From Candidatus Aminicenantes bacterium (lineage in GTDB: Bacteria > Acidobacteriota > Aminicenantia > Aminicenantales > UBA4085), in NCBI GenBank assembly GCA_016931595.1, contig JAFGEN010000136.1, positions 1 through 56,238 of the forward strand: 56,238 nucleotides of DNA, read 5' to 3'. A program made the position numbers and the translations under genes. Under the pieces are notes generated by a model. That model was given only the letters and a program-made list of their open reading frames with translations. It searched no databases and was not told the DNA's origin. Below are positions 18,575 through 26,549 of this stretch, one piece after another. Position 1 is the first letter of the stretch; every line of letters starts with the position of its first letter.

Positions 18575-21520
18575 CTACATCAGCTTGAGGGAAATCATGA
18601 ATTCGTTCCGGCCTGAAAAGCCTTTTTCATAAGCTCGGGCATAACCGAATGAAAAAGTCGAATTCATCAGGGAAAACAGGACGATCCGGAAATCGAGCTG
18701 GGCCCCGAACCCGACCAGCTTCCGGCTGAAGGCCGAGTCGTCGAAATCGGTGATGATCCCCGAGGCGAAGACGGCCAGCCGGGCCCAGGTGCAGTAGAGG
18801 TCCATGAACCCGAATCGGCGGAAGGTCACTGGCGGAAGGGTCCATTCGATGGTCCCTTTGGCGAAGTTTCGGCCGCCCAACTCGTTGATGTCCAGGCCGG
18901 GGAAACTGTAGTATTCGCGGTATCGTTTTTCCGCAAGGTAATCGACCCAATTGTTTCCGAATCCGCCGAAGAAGAAACGGACGAAGTTGTTCTCCCGGTC
19001 GCCGAAAGACTGTCCGACGGCCGTCCTCAGCCAGATCGAGGAATGATTGACCGGCAGGGCCAGCCCGTAGTCGAACCGCCCGAAGATCCGGGGATAGAGC
19101 TTCCCGTTGACGTAGTTGGCCCGGGCAAACACATGCGCCCGGTAGCCTTTTTCCTCGTCGACCGCCCCGAGCGAGCGCCGGACGAAATTGTATTTCAGGC
19201 CGACCCGGGCCGAAAGCAGCTTGTCGTATGTCGCGTCGACGTTCTGGTAATCGGGCAACCGGTCGAGGCCGGCATAACCGGCAAGGCCGAACTCGAAGGT
19301 CAGGTTGCGGGGAGGGTCGTAGATCAGGTCCCGGGAATAATCGAGGCCGAGCGAATAGCCCTTCCGGCCGAACATCGTCGGGCCGAACAGGTCGTAAAAG
19401 TTGGCGTTGTTGTACGTCGCCGAGACCGTCCAGTTCCAGTAATGATAGACCAGCCCCAGGTGGAGCCGTTCCTTGGCCGGAAGGACGCTCGACGGGCTGT
19501 AGGACGCGGACACGTCGAATCCGTGGTACCGAAGGGCGTTTCGGAATTCCATCCGGACGCCCACGGCCAGGGTGTCCTTATAGCCCTCGAGAATCGGGTA
19601 GGCCGAATTCAATCCGATGTCACGGAACGAGCTGTAGGGGTCGATCGATTCGGTTAGGGATTCGATCGGGACGTCGGCCGGCGAGCCGGCCATCCAATCC
19701 TTGACCTCGGGGTATCGGTTGACCACTTCTTGGCCCAGGAAACGGACGGCGTTGACGTCCTGAAGGACTTTTTGTTCGATGAAACCGGGGAGGAACCCGT
19801 CCTTCGTATATTTGTAAACGAGGAGAGACCGGTCGTTGACGGGGAGCGGCCGGAAAAAGCCCGTTTCCGCGTTGCTCAAGACCTCCATCGTCTTTCGGGC
19901 CAGGTCGTAACGGAGAATGTTGGACACGCCGGTGTAATAGGAGGAGCCGTACAAGGCGGCGCCGTCCTCGGAAAAGCGAAAATCGGCCGGCGAGTCCGTC
20001 CCAAAATCATGGAGCTTTTCGGGCGAATAGGTACCCTTGAGCAGGTCGGCCGTGTTCATCCTGACGAGGGCTTGGTTTCCGGACACGTCGGAGACCGCCG
20101 CGGAGATCCAGGCTCCATCGGGCGACATATCGAGGCCGTACATATCCGTGTAGTAGTCGAACCCATACACGGCCGTCCAGTCGGTGTACGGAGGATCGAT
20201 CCGGACGAGGGTCGACAGGCCGATATTGTGGCGAATGCCCCAGAGGCTCTTGTCGACCGGGTTGAAAACAAGGTCTCCGATCCGGGCGTCGGTCAGAAGC
20301 TTTTCCGACGTTCCGGAACCCAGGTGATAGACACGAATGTCCCGGTAGGTGCTGTTGTCCGTGGTGAAGAACAGGCGGCCGCCGGACCGGTCGAAAGCCA
20401 GGGAGCAGACCGAGTAGAGCGAGGCCCCCTTGATGTCGCAGAGGCGCTTCATTTCGCCCGTTCCGACGTCAAATTCGGCCAGATGGGCGACCTGTCCGGG
20501 ATAATTGACTCCGGCGTACACCTTCCCCCTTTGGGCATCGTAGAATCCCCGGGACACGGAGCCCAAACGCCGGTCGGTCAGGGGCCGAAATTCGGTCACG
20601 GGGAATTTCCGGATGGTCTCCAGGTTTTCGGTCTGCCAGGTCCGTTCGGACTTCAGCCAATCGGACCATTCGTCCACCACCCGGCGGCCGAAGGTCTGCC
20701 TGAAGGAGGCCGAAAACGAGCTTTTGCTGTCTTTTTCCACGGAAACCCAATCGATGACTTTTTGCGGCCCGTATTTGACCGCCAGATGGGAAAAGAAGCG
20801 GGCGCCGTACATATAGGACAGGGCTCCGATTTGAAAATCGACCGCCGTTCCCTCGGATTCCAGGCTGAGGGCGTCGTACAGAACACCGTTTTCCAGGACC
20901 GCGGTCCGGAAGGCCATTTCATCATAGGCCCCCAAGGATCGGCCCAGTCCCCCGTTCATCCAAGTCTCCATGAAGACGGCGATCCCCTCCAGGTACCAGC
21001 GGGGCGAATACATTCTTGGGCTGGTCAAATAGGTGTAGAACATCGAGAGCGGATTTTCCTTGCTGGCTCCGACTTTTCCGAAAAAGATCTTTCGGAAAAA
21101 CGGGGCCGAGCCGAAGGGCTTGTCCATGGTCACGACGTGGACGAGCTCGTGGTTCATGATCAGGCTCATCCGCTCGTAGCCCGACATCATGTCGTAGGCA
21201 TGGTCGAAGGGCGAAAGCTCGAGAAAAACCAGGTTGCGGGGGACGGCCGTGGCCCCGCCGTTCCCCCAGTCGGCGAAATCCTCCACGAACACCGCCGTCC
21301 TTTCGGCCGGCCTGTAATTGAAGAATGTTTTGTAGTAGTCCATGGTGTTGACGAAGGACCGGGCCAGGTGCTGGACGACATACTCGTGGGCCTGGCTGTA
21401 GTAGACCAGGTTGAGGCCGGGGACTTTGAAGCTGAAAAGCGTCTGGCCGGAAAGGCCGGAGATCGACACCGCGAACATGGCCAGGAACACGAGGGGCGAC
21501 GGGCGTCGGGGAGATCTCAT
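18575..21520 (-). CDS. Secreted HExxH zinc metalloprotease-like protein with beta-propeller-like middle and beta-rich C-terminal region
   Basis: HExxH motif (MNHELVHV) with a downstream YLEGIAVFME. The signal peptide MRSPRRPSPLVFLAMFAVSISGLSG begins at the internal ATG 21520, which is preceded by GAGGAGGAGG. The middle has TolB-like repeats (RLFFTTDNS...IRVYHL). The longer ORF to 21637 runs into the upstream terminator. Confidence 0.7.
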   Translation of the reverse strand: MRSPRRPSPLVFLAMFAVSISGLSGQTLFSFKVPGLNLVYYSQAHEYVVQHLARSFVNTMDYYKTFFNYRPAERTAVFVEDFADWGNGGATAVPRNLVFLELSPFDHAYDMMSGYERMSLIMNHELVHVVTMDKPFGSAPFFRKIFFGKVGASKENPLSMFYTYLTSPRMYSPRWYLEGIAVFMETWMNGGLGRSLGAYDEMAFRTAVLENGVLYDALSLESEGTAVDFQIGALSYMYGARFFSHLAVKYGPQKVIDWVSVEKDSKSSFSASFRQTFGRRVVDEWSDWLKSERTWQTENLETIRKFPVTEFRPLTDRRLGSVSRGFYDAQRGKVYAGVNYPGQVAHLAEFDVGTGEMKRLCDIKGASLYSVCSLAFDRSGGRLFFTTDNSTYRDIRVYHLGSGTSEKLLTDARIGDLVFNPVDKSLWGIRHNIGLSTLVRIDPPYTDWTAVYGFDYYTDMYGLDMSPDGAWISAAVSDVSGNQALVRMNTADLLKGTYSPEKLHDFGTDSPADFRFSEDGAALYGSSYYTGVSNILRYDLARKTMEVLSNAETGFFRPLPVNDRSLLVYKYTKDGFLPGFIEQKVLQDVNAVRFLGQEVVNRYPEVKDWMAGSPADVPIESLTESIDPYSSFRDIGLNSAYPILEGYKDTLAVGVRMEFRNALRYHGFDVSASYSPSSVLPAKERLHLGLVYHYWNWTVSATYNNANFYDLFGPTMFGRKGYSLGLDYSRDLIYDPPRNLTFEFGLAGYAGLDRLPDYQNVDATYDKLLSARVGLKYNFVRRSLGAVDEEKGYRAHVFARANYVNGKLYPRIFGRFDYGLALPVNHSSIWLRTAVGQSFGDRENNFVRFFFGGFGNNWVDYLAEKRYREYYSFPGLDINELGGRNFAKGTIEWTLPPVTFRRFGFMDLYCTWARLAVFASGIITDFDDSAFSRKLVGFGAQLDFRIVLFSLMNSTFSFGYARAYEKGFSGRNEFMISLKLM

Positions 21521-21610
21521 GAAACCTCCTCCTCTCTCTCCTTGTGGAGTGATCTCAGAGTATCCGAGGCGGCGGGTATTTTCAAGAGGCGGGCCTGGAT
21601 GATACACGGG

Positions 21611-21652
21611 AAAAAAAGCCCCCCGGAAGGAGCCCAAGTTCCCTCCGGGGGG
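21611..21652 (-). terminator. Rho-independent terminator of the sigma/anti-sigma/repeat-protein operon
   Basis: The minus strand reads CCCCCCGGAGGG-aacttgggct-CCTTCCGGGGGG followed by C-TTTTTTT. This gives a 12-bp stem with one G-U pair. It lies 54-95 nt after the stop at 21706. Confidence 0.7.
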
Positions 21653-21705
21653 TTGTTTACCCGACTCTCCGGGATTTTTATCTCATCCCGGAACGTCGCC
21701 CGTCG

Positions 21706-23886
21706 TCACCAGTAATTGGCGAAATCGCCGCTTTTGACCATGTTGGCGAAGTTGCCGTCCTTGACCAGGTTGGCGAAATTGGCGTCCTTCATGAGATTGG
21801 AGAAAGAGCCGTCCTTCATCAAGTTGGCGAAGTTGCCGTCCTTGACCAGGTTGGCGAAATTGCCGTCCTTCATCAGGTTGGTGAAGCTTCCGTCTTTGAG
21901 GAGGTTGGCAAAGCTTCCGTCTTTGACCAGGTTGGCGAAGTTGGCGTTATTGACCAGGCCGCGGAAGCTTTCGACCTTGACCAGGTTGGCGAAATTCCCG
22001 CCATTCACGAGGAGGATGAGGTTGGCGAATCCCCCGTTTTTCACCATGTTGGCCAGGCTGCCGTTCTTCATCAGGTTGGCGAAATTGGCGTCTTTCATCA
22101 GATTGGCGAAGGACGGGTCTTTGACCAGGTTGGCCAGCCCGGGGTCCTTTGTCAGGTTGGCGAAGTTCGCATTTTTTTGCAGATTGGCGAAATCCCCGTT
22201 CTTGACCGCGTTGGCGAAGTTTGAGTCTTTGGCCAAGTTGGCGAAGTTGGGATCCTTGACCAGGTTGGAAAAATTCGGATCTTTGACCAGGTTGGCGAAG
22301 GCGTCGTTTTTCAACAGGTTGGTGAAGCCCGAGTCTTTCGTCAAATTGGCGAAATCCCCGTTGTTCACGAGCCAGACGCAGTTGGCGAATCCGCCGCTTT
22401 TGAACAGGTTGGAGAAAGAATCGGATTTAAAGAGATTGGCGAAGTTTGAGTCCTTCATCAAGTTGGCGAAAGCCGGATCCTTGACCAGATTGGCGTAATT
22501 CGGATTGTTCTCGAGATTGGCGAAATCTCCGCCCTTGACCGCGTTGGCGAACGAAGGATCCTTGGCCAGGTTGGCGAAGCCGGGATCCTTCATCAAGTTG
22601 GCGAAATTGGCGTCATTGAGGAGATTGGAGAAATTCCCGTCTTTCAACAAATTGGCGAAGTCGGCATCCTTGAAGAGATTCGCGAAGTTGCCGTTTTTGA
22701 CCAGGCTGGCGAAGTTCCCGTCCTTGACCAGGTTGGCGAAGTTCCCGTCCTTCATCAGGTTGGCGAAATTTCCATCCTGAATGAGAGGAATAAAATTCGC
22801 GCTCGGCCCGCCTTTCGTCAGATTTGCGAAATTTTCGTCCTTCACGAGGTTTGCGAAGGATGGATCCTTGACCAGGTTGGCGAAATCGGGCGTTTTGGCC
22901 CACCAGATGATGCTATTGGCGTACTCTCCGCTCTTGAAGAGATTGGCGAAATTCGCATCCTTCATGATGTTGGCGAACTCCGGCTTCGAGAAGAGATTCG
23001 CGAAGTCGCCGTTCTTGACCAGGTTGGCGTAATTCGGGTTGTTCTGGAGATTGGCGAAGTCGCCGTTCTTGACCGCATTGGCGAAGGCCGGGCCTTTGAC
23101 CAGATTGGCGAAGCTTGGATCTTTGACCAGGTTGGCGAAGGAGGGATCCTTGGCCAGGTTGGCGAAATCGCCGTTCTTCACCAATTCGATGATGACATTC
23201 GCCTGCGGACCGCTTTTGAGGAAAGCGGCGAAATTCTCGTTTTTGATCAAATTCGCGAAGCCGGCGTCATTGAAGAGATTGGCGAAATCGCCGTTTTTCA
23301 ACAGGTTCGCGAAATTCCCGTTTTTCACCAGGTTGGCAAAATTCGGGTCGTTCATCAGATTGGCGAACTCGGGCCGCAGGCAGGCATTGGAGAAATTCCC
23401 GCCCTGGATCAGGTTGGCGAAGTCCGGGTCCTTCATCAGGTTGGCAAAGCCTTCGTCCTTCACCAGGTTGGCGAATTCGGGCCGCAGCAGGAAATTGGCG
23501 AAGTCGCCGCTCTTGACCAGATTGGCCATCGACCCGTCCTTGAACAGCCCGGCGAAGTGTTCGTCCTTTACCAGGTTGGCGAAGTCCCCGTTCTTCAGCA
23601 AATTGGCGAAGTTCGGGTCCTCCATGGCCTTCTGGAAGCGGACGTTCCGGATCATATTCTGGACGTTCGGATCCTGGAGGATCCGGACGACATCCTCCTT
23701 GGTCAGGACCACATCCTTGGCCGTGACTCCACCGGCCCGGTGCCGGTCGGCCTTGGTAATGGTCCCGGCGACCTGGCCCTCGTCGGCCTTCTTCTTCAAT
23801 ACGCCGGGATTGAAAACAAACACCAGGCCGACGGCGATGACGACGATCGCCGCTCCGAACGAGAACATCTTCTGTTTTTGGGTCAT
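21706..23886 (-). CDS. Membrane-anchored nonapeptide-repeat protein (about 71 x D-[GP]-[NS]-F-A-N-L-[VM]-K); family unknown
   Basis: An uninterrupted 726-aa ORF starts at ATG 23886, preceded by GGGAGG. The N-terminus has one hydrophobic helix (FSFGAAIVVIAVGLVFVF). The remainder parses completely into 9-aa units. The opposite strand is broken into four ORFs. Confidence 0.85.
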   Translation of the reverse strand: MTQKQKMFSFGAAIVVIAVGLVFVFNPGVLKKKADEGQVAGTITKADRHRAGGVTAKDVVLTKEDVVRILQDPNVQNMIRNVRFQKAMEDPNFANLLKNGDFANLVKDEHFAGLFKDGSMANLVKSGDFANFLLRPEFANLVKDEGFANLMKDPDFANLIQGGNFSNACLRPEFANLMNDPNFANLVKNGNFANLLKNGDFANLFNDAGFANLIKNENFAAFLKSGPQANVIIELVKNGDFANLAKDPSFANLVKDPSFANLVKGPAFANAVKNGDFANLQNNPNYANLVKNGDFANLFSKPEFANIMKDANFANLFKSGEYANSIIWWAKTPDFANLVKDPSFANLVKDENFANLTKGGPSANFIPLIQDGNFANLMKDGNFANLVKDGNFASLVKNGNFANLFKDADFANLLKDGNFSNLLNDANFANLMKDPGFANLAKDPSFANAVKGGDFANLENNPNYANLVKDPAFANLMKDSNFANLFKSDSFSNLFKSGGFANCVWLVNNGDFANLTKDSGFTNLLKNDAFANLVKDPNFSNLVKDPNFANLAKDSNFANAVKNGDFANLQKNANFANLTKDPGLANLVKDPSFANLMKDANFANLMKNGSLANMVKNGGFANLILLVNGGNFANLVKVESFRGLVNNANFANLVKDGSFANLLKDGSFTNLMKDGNFANLVKDGNFANLMKDGSFSNLMKDANFANLVKDGNFANMVKSGDFANYW
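21709..23673 (-). repeat. Degenerate 27-bp tandem repeat array (about 71 units) encoding the nonapeptide repeats
   Basis: The period is visible directly, with units such as caggttggcgaaattgccgtccttcat and close variants. Identical 40-mers occur at 21742-21781 and 21823-21862, 81 nt (3 units) apart. Confidence 0.9.
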
Positions 23887-23917
23887 GATTTCCTCCCTTG
23901 ACCTTTGTTCATAGCGC

Positions 23918-24727
23918 TTATTTCTTTCCTTCGTTCATGCCGATTTGATGCTCTTTTCGGACCGGCCAGGCAAATGACCGGGAAAACAGCATTTCGCCGT
24001 CCGCGTTGGCCTGGACATCGAGGGCGGTCGGCGGATGACCCGGCGTCCGGAAGACGACGAGAAAGCCGTGAGAACCCGACACCCGCACGACGATTTTTCC
24101 GGGCATGATCTCGACGCCGCCGGTTTCGCCCGAAAGACGGCGTATGGTGTCGAACCGCATCTCCTCCGGGGAGAAACTCAGAGTGACGAGGACCTCCCTC
24201 TCCGTCAGGCCGCGCAGGCCGACGGCCAGCATGCGCTCGCCCCGGAGGACATCCACTGTTTGCTCGATTCCGGTCGACTCCCAGCCGGCCGTTTCCATAG
24301 GACTCAAGCTTTCGGCGTCCATGACGGTCCCGGCCAACTGACGGAGGTCCCATCCGGAATCCTTGACCACTCCGAACTTCGAAACCAGGAGAAGCCCCAG
24401 GCCCAGACCCAGGCCAAGGCAGAAAAACAGCGCATACTTCAACTTGATGGGTTCAAACAGGGGAGCCGGGATCCCCCTCTTTTTGACGAAATCGTTCTCG
24501 GGAATCCCCGGGCGCTGGAGAAAGGCCAGAATTTTCATCTTGAAAAACGGTCCGGGATCCGGGACGGGAGCGGTCCGCAGGAGTTCGATCGTTTCCGAGA
24601 GCTCGGCCGTATAGGTCTTGGCTTCGTTGTTACCGGCGAGGATTCGGGCCAAGGTTCGGCTTTCTTCGGCCGAATTGGTCCCATCCGATTCTTGGTTGAT
24701 CAGGCGGATGATTTCGGCCTCAAGCAT
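23918..24727 (-). CDS. Single-pass anti-sigma factor-like membrane protein
   Basis: The start overlaps the ECF sigma stop by 8 nt. The N-terminal roughly 50 aa resemble an anti-sigma domain (IIRLINQESDGTNSAEESRTLARIL) but lack the HxxxCxxC zinc motif. There is one TM helix (ALFFCLGLGLGLGLLLV) and an extracytoplasmic domain of about 150 aa. Confidence 0.6.
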   Translation of the reverse strand: MLEAEIIRLINQESDGTNSAEESRTLARILAGNNEAKTYTAELSETIELLRTAPVPDPGPFFKMKILAFLQRPGIPENDFVKKRGIPAPLFEPIKLKYALFFCLGLGLGLGLLLVSKFGVVKDSGWDLRQLAGTVMDAESLSPMETAGWESTGIEQTVDVLRGERMLAVGLRGLTEREVLVTLSFSPEEMRFDTIRRLSGETGGVEIMPGKIVVRVSGSHGFLVVFRTPGHPPTALDVQANADGEMLFSRSFAWPVRKEHQIGMNEGKK

Positions 24728-25265
24728 GGCGGAGTCCCCCGTCGCGGACGAGGATTTCCCTCAGCCGGTGTCGGGCTTCGAAAAGGCGGGATTTCACCTT
24801 GTGTTCCGGCATACCGAGCAGCTCCCCGATTTCCTTGTAGCTGAGCCCGTCAATACTCAAGGCGAGGAGAGCGCGCCGCCGGGGATGCAAGGACTCCATG
24901 GCCCGATTGATCCGGGCGTTCAATTCGCCGATCTCGCACAGGTCTTCGGGGTCGAGGACGGCGCTTTCCAAAACGGGCGGAGGAACACTCCGACGGTTCC
25001 TCTTTTCGACGAAATTCAGCGATTCGTTGACTGCGATCCGGTACAGCCAGCTGAAAAATTTGTGTCCGGGATCGTATGAAGACAGGCGGCTGAAGGCTTT
25101 GATGAAAACACCCTGGGCCACATCCCGGGCGTCCTCGGCGTTGCGTACGATACGGTAGGCCAAGCTCATCACCTGCTTCTGGTACCGGATAATGATCGAT
25201 TCAAAGGCGTCCACATCTCCCTCCAGGCAATCGCGGACGGCTTGAAGGTCTCCTTGTTCATACAT
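24720..25265 (-). CDS. ECF-type RNA polymerase sigma-70 family factor
   Basis: Region 2 (FESIIIRYQKQVMSLAYRIVRNAEDARDVAQGVFIKAF...FFSWLYRIAVNESLN) and region 4 (LSYKEIGELLGMPEHKVKSRLFEARHRLR) are both present. The internal ATG at 25265 gives a typical 181 aa. Confidence 0.9.
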   Translation of the reverse strand: MYEQGDLQAVRDCLEGDVDAFESIIIRYQKQVMSLAYRIVRNAEDARDVAQGVFIKAFSRLSSYDPGHKFFSWLYRIAVNESLNFVEKRNRRSVPPPVLESAVLDPEDLCEIGELNARINRAMESLHPRRRALLALSIDGLSYKEIGELLGMPEHKVKSRLFEARHRLREILVRDGGLRHA

Positions 25266-25414
25266 TATTACAGGCGATCGGCCCCGAAGTTGGATTTGGC
25301 CTGTTTTTGGCCCGTCGGGGGAATGACGAACGAACGAAGGAGGCAAGAATCCACACCGGGAAATCCTCCCTTCCTTCCCGGCCGGAAGGCTCTCTCCTCA
25401 TGGTTGATGCCCCG

Positions 25415-25444
25415 AATATACGTTGTCCCAAAGGCGAATGTCAA
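25415..25444 (-). promoter_or_regulatory. Candidate sigma-70-type promoter for the ECF operon (TTGACA-N18-TATATT)
   Basis: The minus-strand hexamers sit at 25439-25444 and 25415-25420. This is about 150 nt upstream of the sigma start. The match is by sequence only. Confidence 0.35.
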
Positions 25445-25479
25445 GACGGCCGACCGGTCCTGAGCGCGGGCATAGTCTC

Positions 25480-25508
25480 TTGAGAACATCGGGGAAATGA
25501 CATAGAAT
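25480..25508 (+). promoter_or_regulatory. Candidate sigma-70-type promoter for the PrsW-family gene (TTGAGA-N17-TAGAAT)
   Basis: Hexamers sit at 25480-25485 and 25503-25508. The -10 ends 14 nt before ATG 25523, which implies a very short leader. Confidence 0.3.
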
Positions 25509-25522
25509 GCATATCGCTTTTC

Positions 25523-26542
25523 ATGTGGATAACGATTGGACTAAAAATCCTGATCGGGTTTTTCCCGGTCTTGTTGTTTCTCCTGGCCTTGGTCTTCATG
25601 GACAGCTACAAACTGGTTCGGATGAAGGCGCTTCTTCCGGCCATCGCCGGCGGGGCGGCCGCAGCCGGGCTGAGCCTGCTTCTGAATTCCGGCCTGATCG
25701 GATTTTTCCAGGGGGATTTCGCTTTCTACTCCCGCTATGTCGCGCCCCTGGTCGAGGAATCGCTGAAAGCGGCCGTTCTGGTTTATTTTTTCCGGACCAA
25801 CCGGGTCGGTTTCCTGGTCGATGCGGCGATCCTGGGATTCGCGGCCGGGGCCGGATTCTCGATCGTCGAGAACATGCATTTTCTCAAGGCGGCCGTCGGG
25901 GCGGACATCGTCGTTTGGGCGGTTCGTGGCCTGGGAACGGCGATGATGCACGGCGGAACGACGGCTGTCTTCGCCTTCCTGACTAAGGCTCTCTCCGACC
26001 GGCGGACAAAGAATCATCCCTGGCCGGCCGCGGTCCCCGGCCTGGCCCTGGCCTTCACCGTTCATTCCGCCTTCAACCATTTTTTGCTGCCGCCTGTTGC
26101 GGCTGCGGCTGTGATGATGGCCGTGCTTCCCCTGGTGGCCGTCAATGTCTTCATCGCCGGCGAGCGGAGCACCCGGAAATGGCTGGAAATCGGCTTCGAT
26201 ACCGATGTCGAACTTCTCGGGTTGATCAACGCCGGCCGGTTTTCCACCAGTAAAATCGGCCGTTACGTTCTTTCCCTGAAGGACCGCTTTTCCGGGGAAG
26301 TCATGGCCGACCTATTCTGTCTCATCCGGATCCATTTGGAGTTATCCATCGGCGCCAAGGGGATTCTTCTGATGCGGGAAGCCGGCCTACCGGTCGTCCA
26401 GAACCCCGGGTTCCGGGAGAAATTCAGAGAGTTGGAATACCTTCAGAAAAGCGTCGGCCCCACGGGAATGATGGCCGTTTCACCCATCCTCCACCGCAGC
26501 CGCCGGGATTTATGGGGGTTGCACATGCTGGGAGGACAATAA
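25523..26542 (+). CDS. PrsW-family intramembrane metalloprotease with about 135-aa C-terminal cytoplasmic extension
   Basis: Polytopic N-terminal half carries EExxK (PLVEESLKAA), GFAAGAGFSIVEN, MMHGGTT and HxxxN (VHSAFNH) motifs in PrsW/CAAX-protease order. Confidence 0.72.
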   Translation: MWITIGLKILIGFFPVLLFLLALVFMDSYKLVRMKALLPAIAGGAAAAGLSLLLNSGLIGFFQGDFAFYSRYVAPLVEESLKAAVLVYFFRTNRVGFLVDAAILGFAAGAGFSIVENMHFLKAAVGADIVVWAVRGLGTAMMHGGTTAVFAFLTKALSDRRTKNHPWPAAVPGLALAFTVHSAFNHFLLPPVAAAAVMMAVLPLVAVNVFIAGERSTRKWLEIGFDTDVELLGLINAGRFSTSKIGRYVLSLKDRFSGEVMADLFCLIRIHLELSIGAKGILLMREAGLPVVQNPGFREKFRELEYLQKSVGPTGMMAVSPILHRSRRDLWGLHMLGGQ

Positions 26543-26549
26543 CCCGGGT

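Noticed and set aside
19730-21715. 661-aa plus-strand ORF opposite the HExxH protease gene.
   Set aside because: It is an antisense shadow ORF with no motifs and a G/R/P/V-rich composition. It also runs across the intrinsic terminator at 21611-21652.
21716-23914. Four long plus-strand ORFs (260, 91, 83 and 291 aa) with their own LAKLPSLTRLAK-type periodicity, antisense to the repeat gene.
   Set aside because: They are mirror images of the 27-bp repeat, since a periodic sequence lacks stops in several frames. They are interrupted three times. They lack a plausible start and RBS context. The minus-strand ORF, by contrast, is continuous, has a GGGAGG RBS and a TM anchor, and fits the operon.
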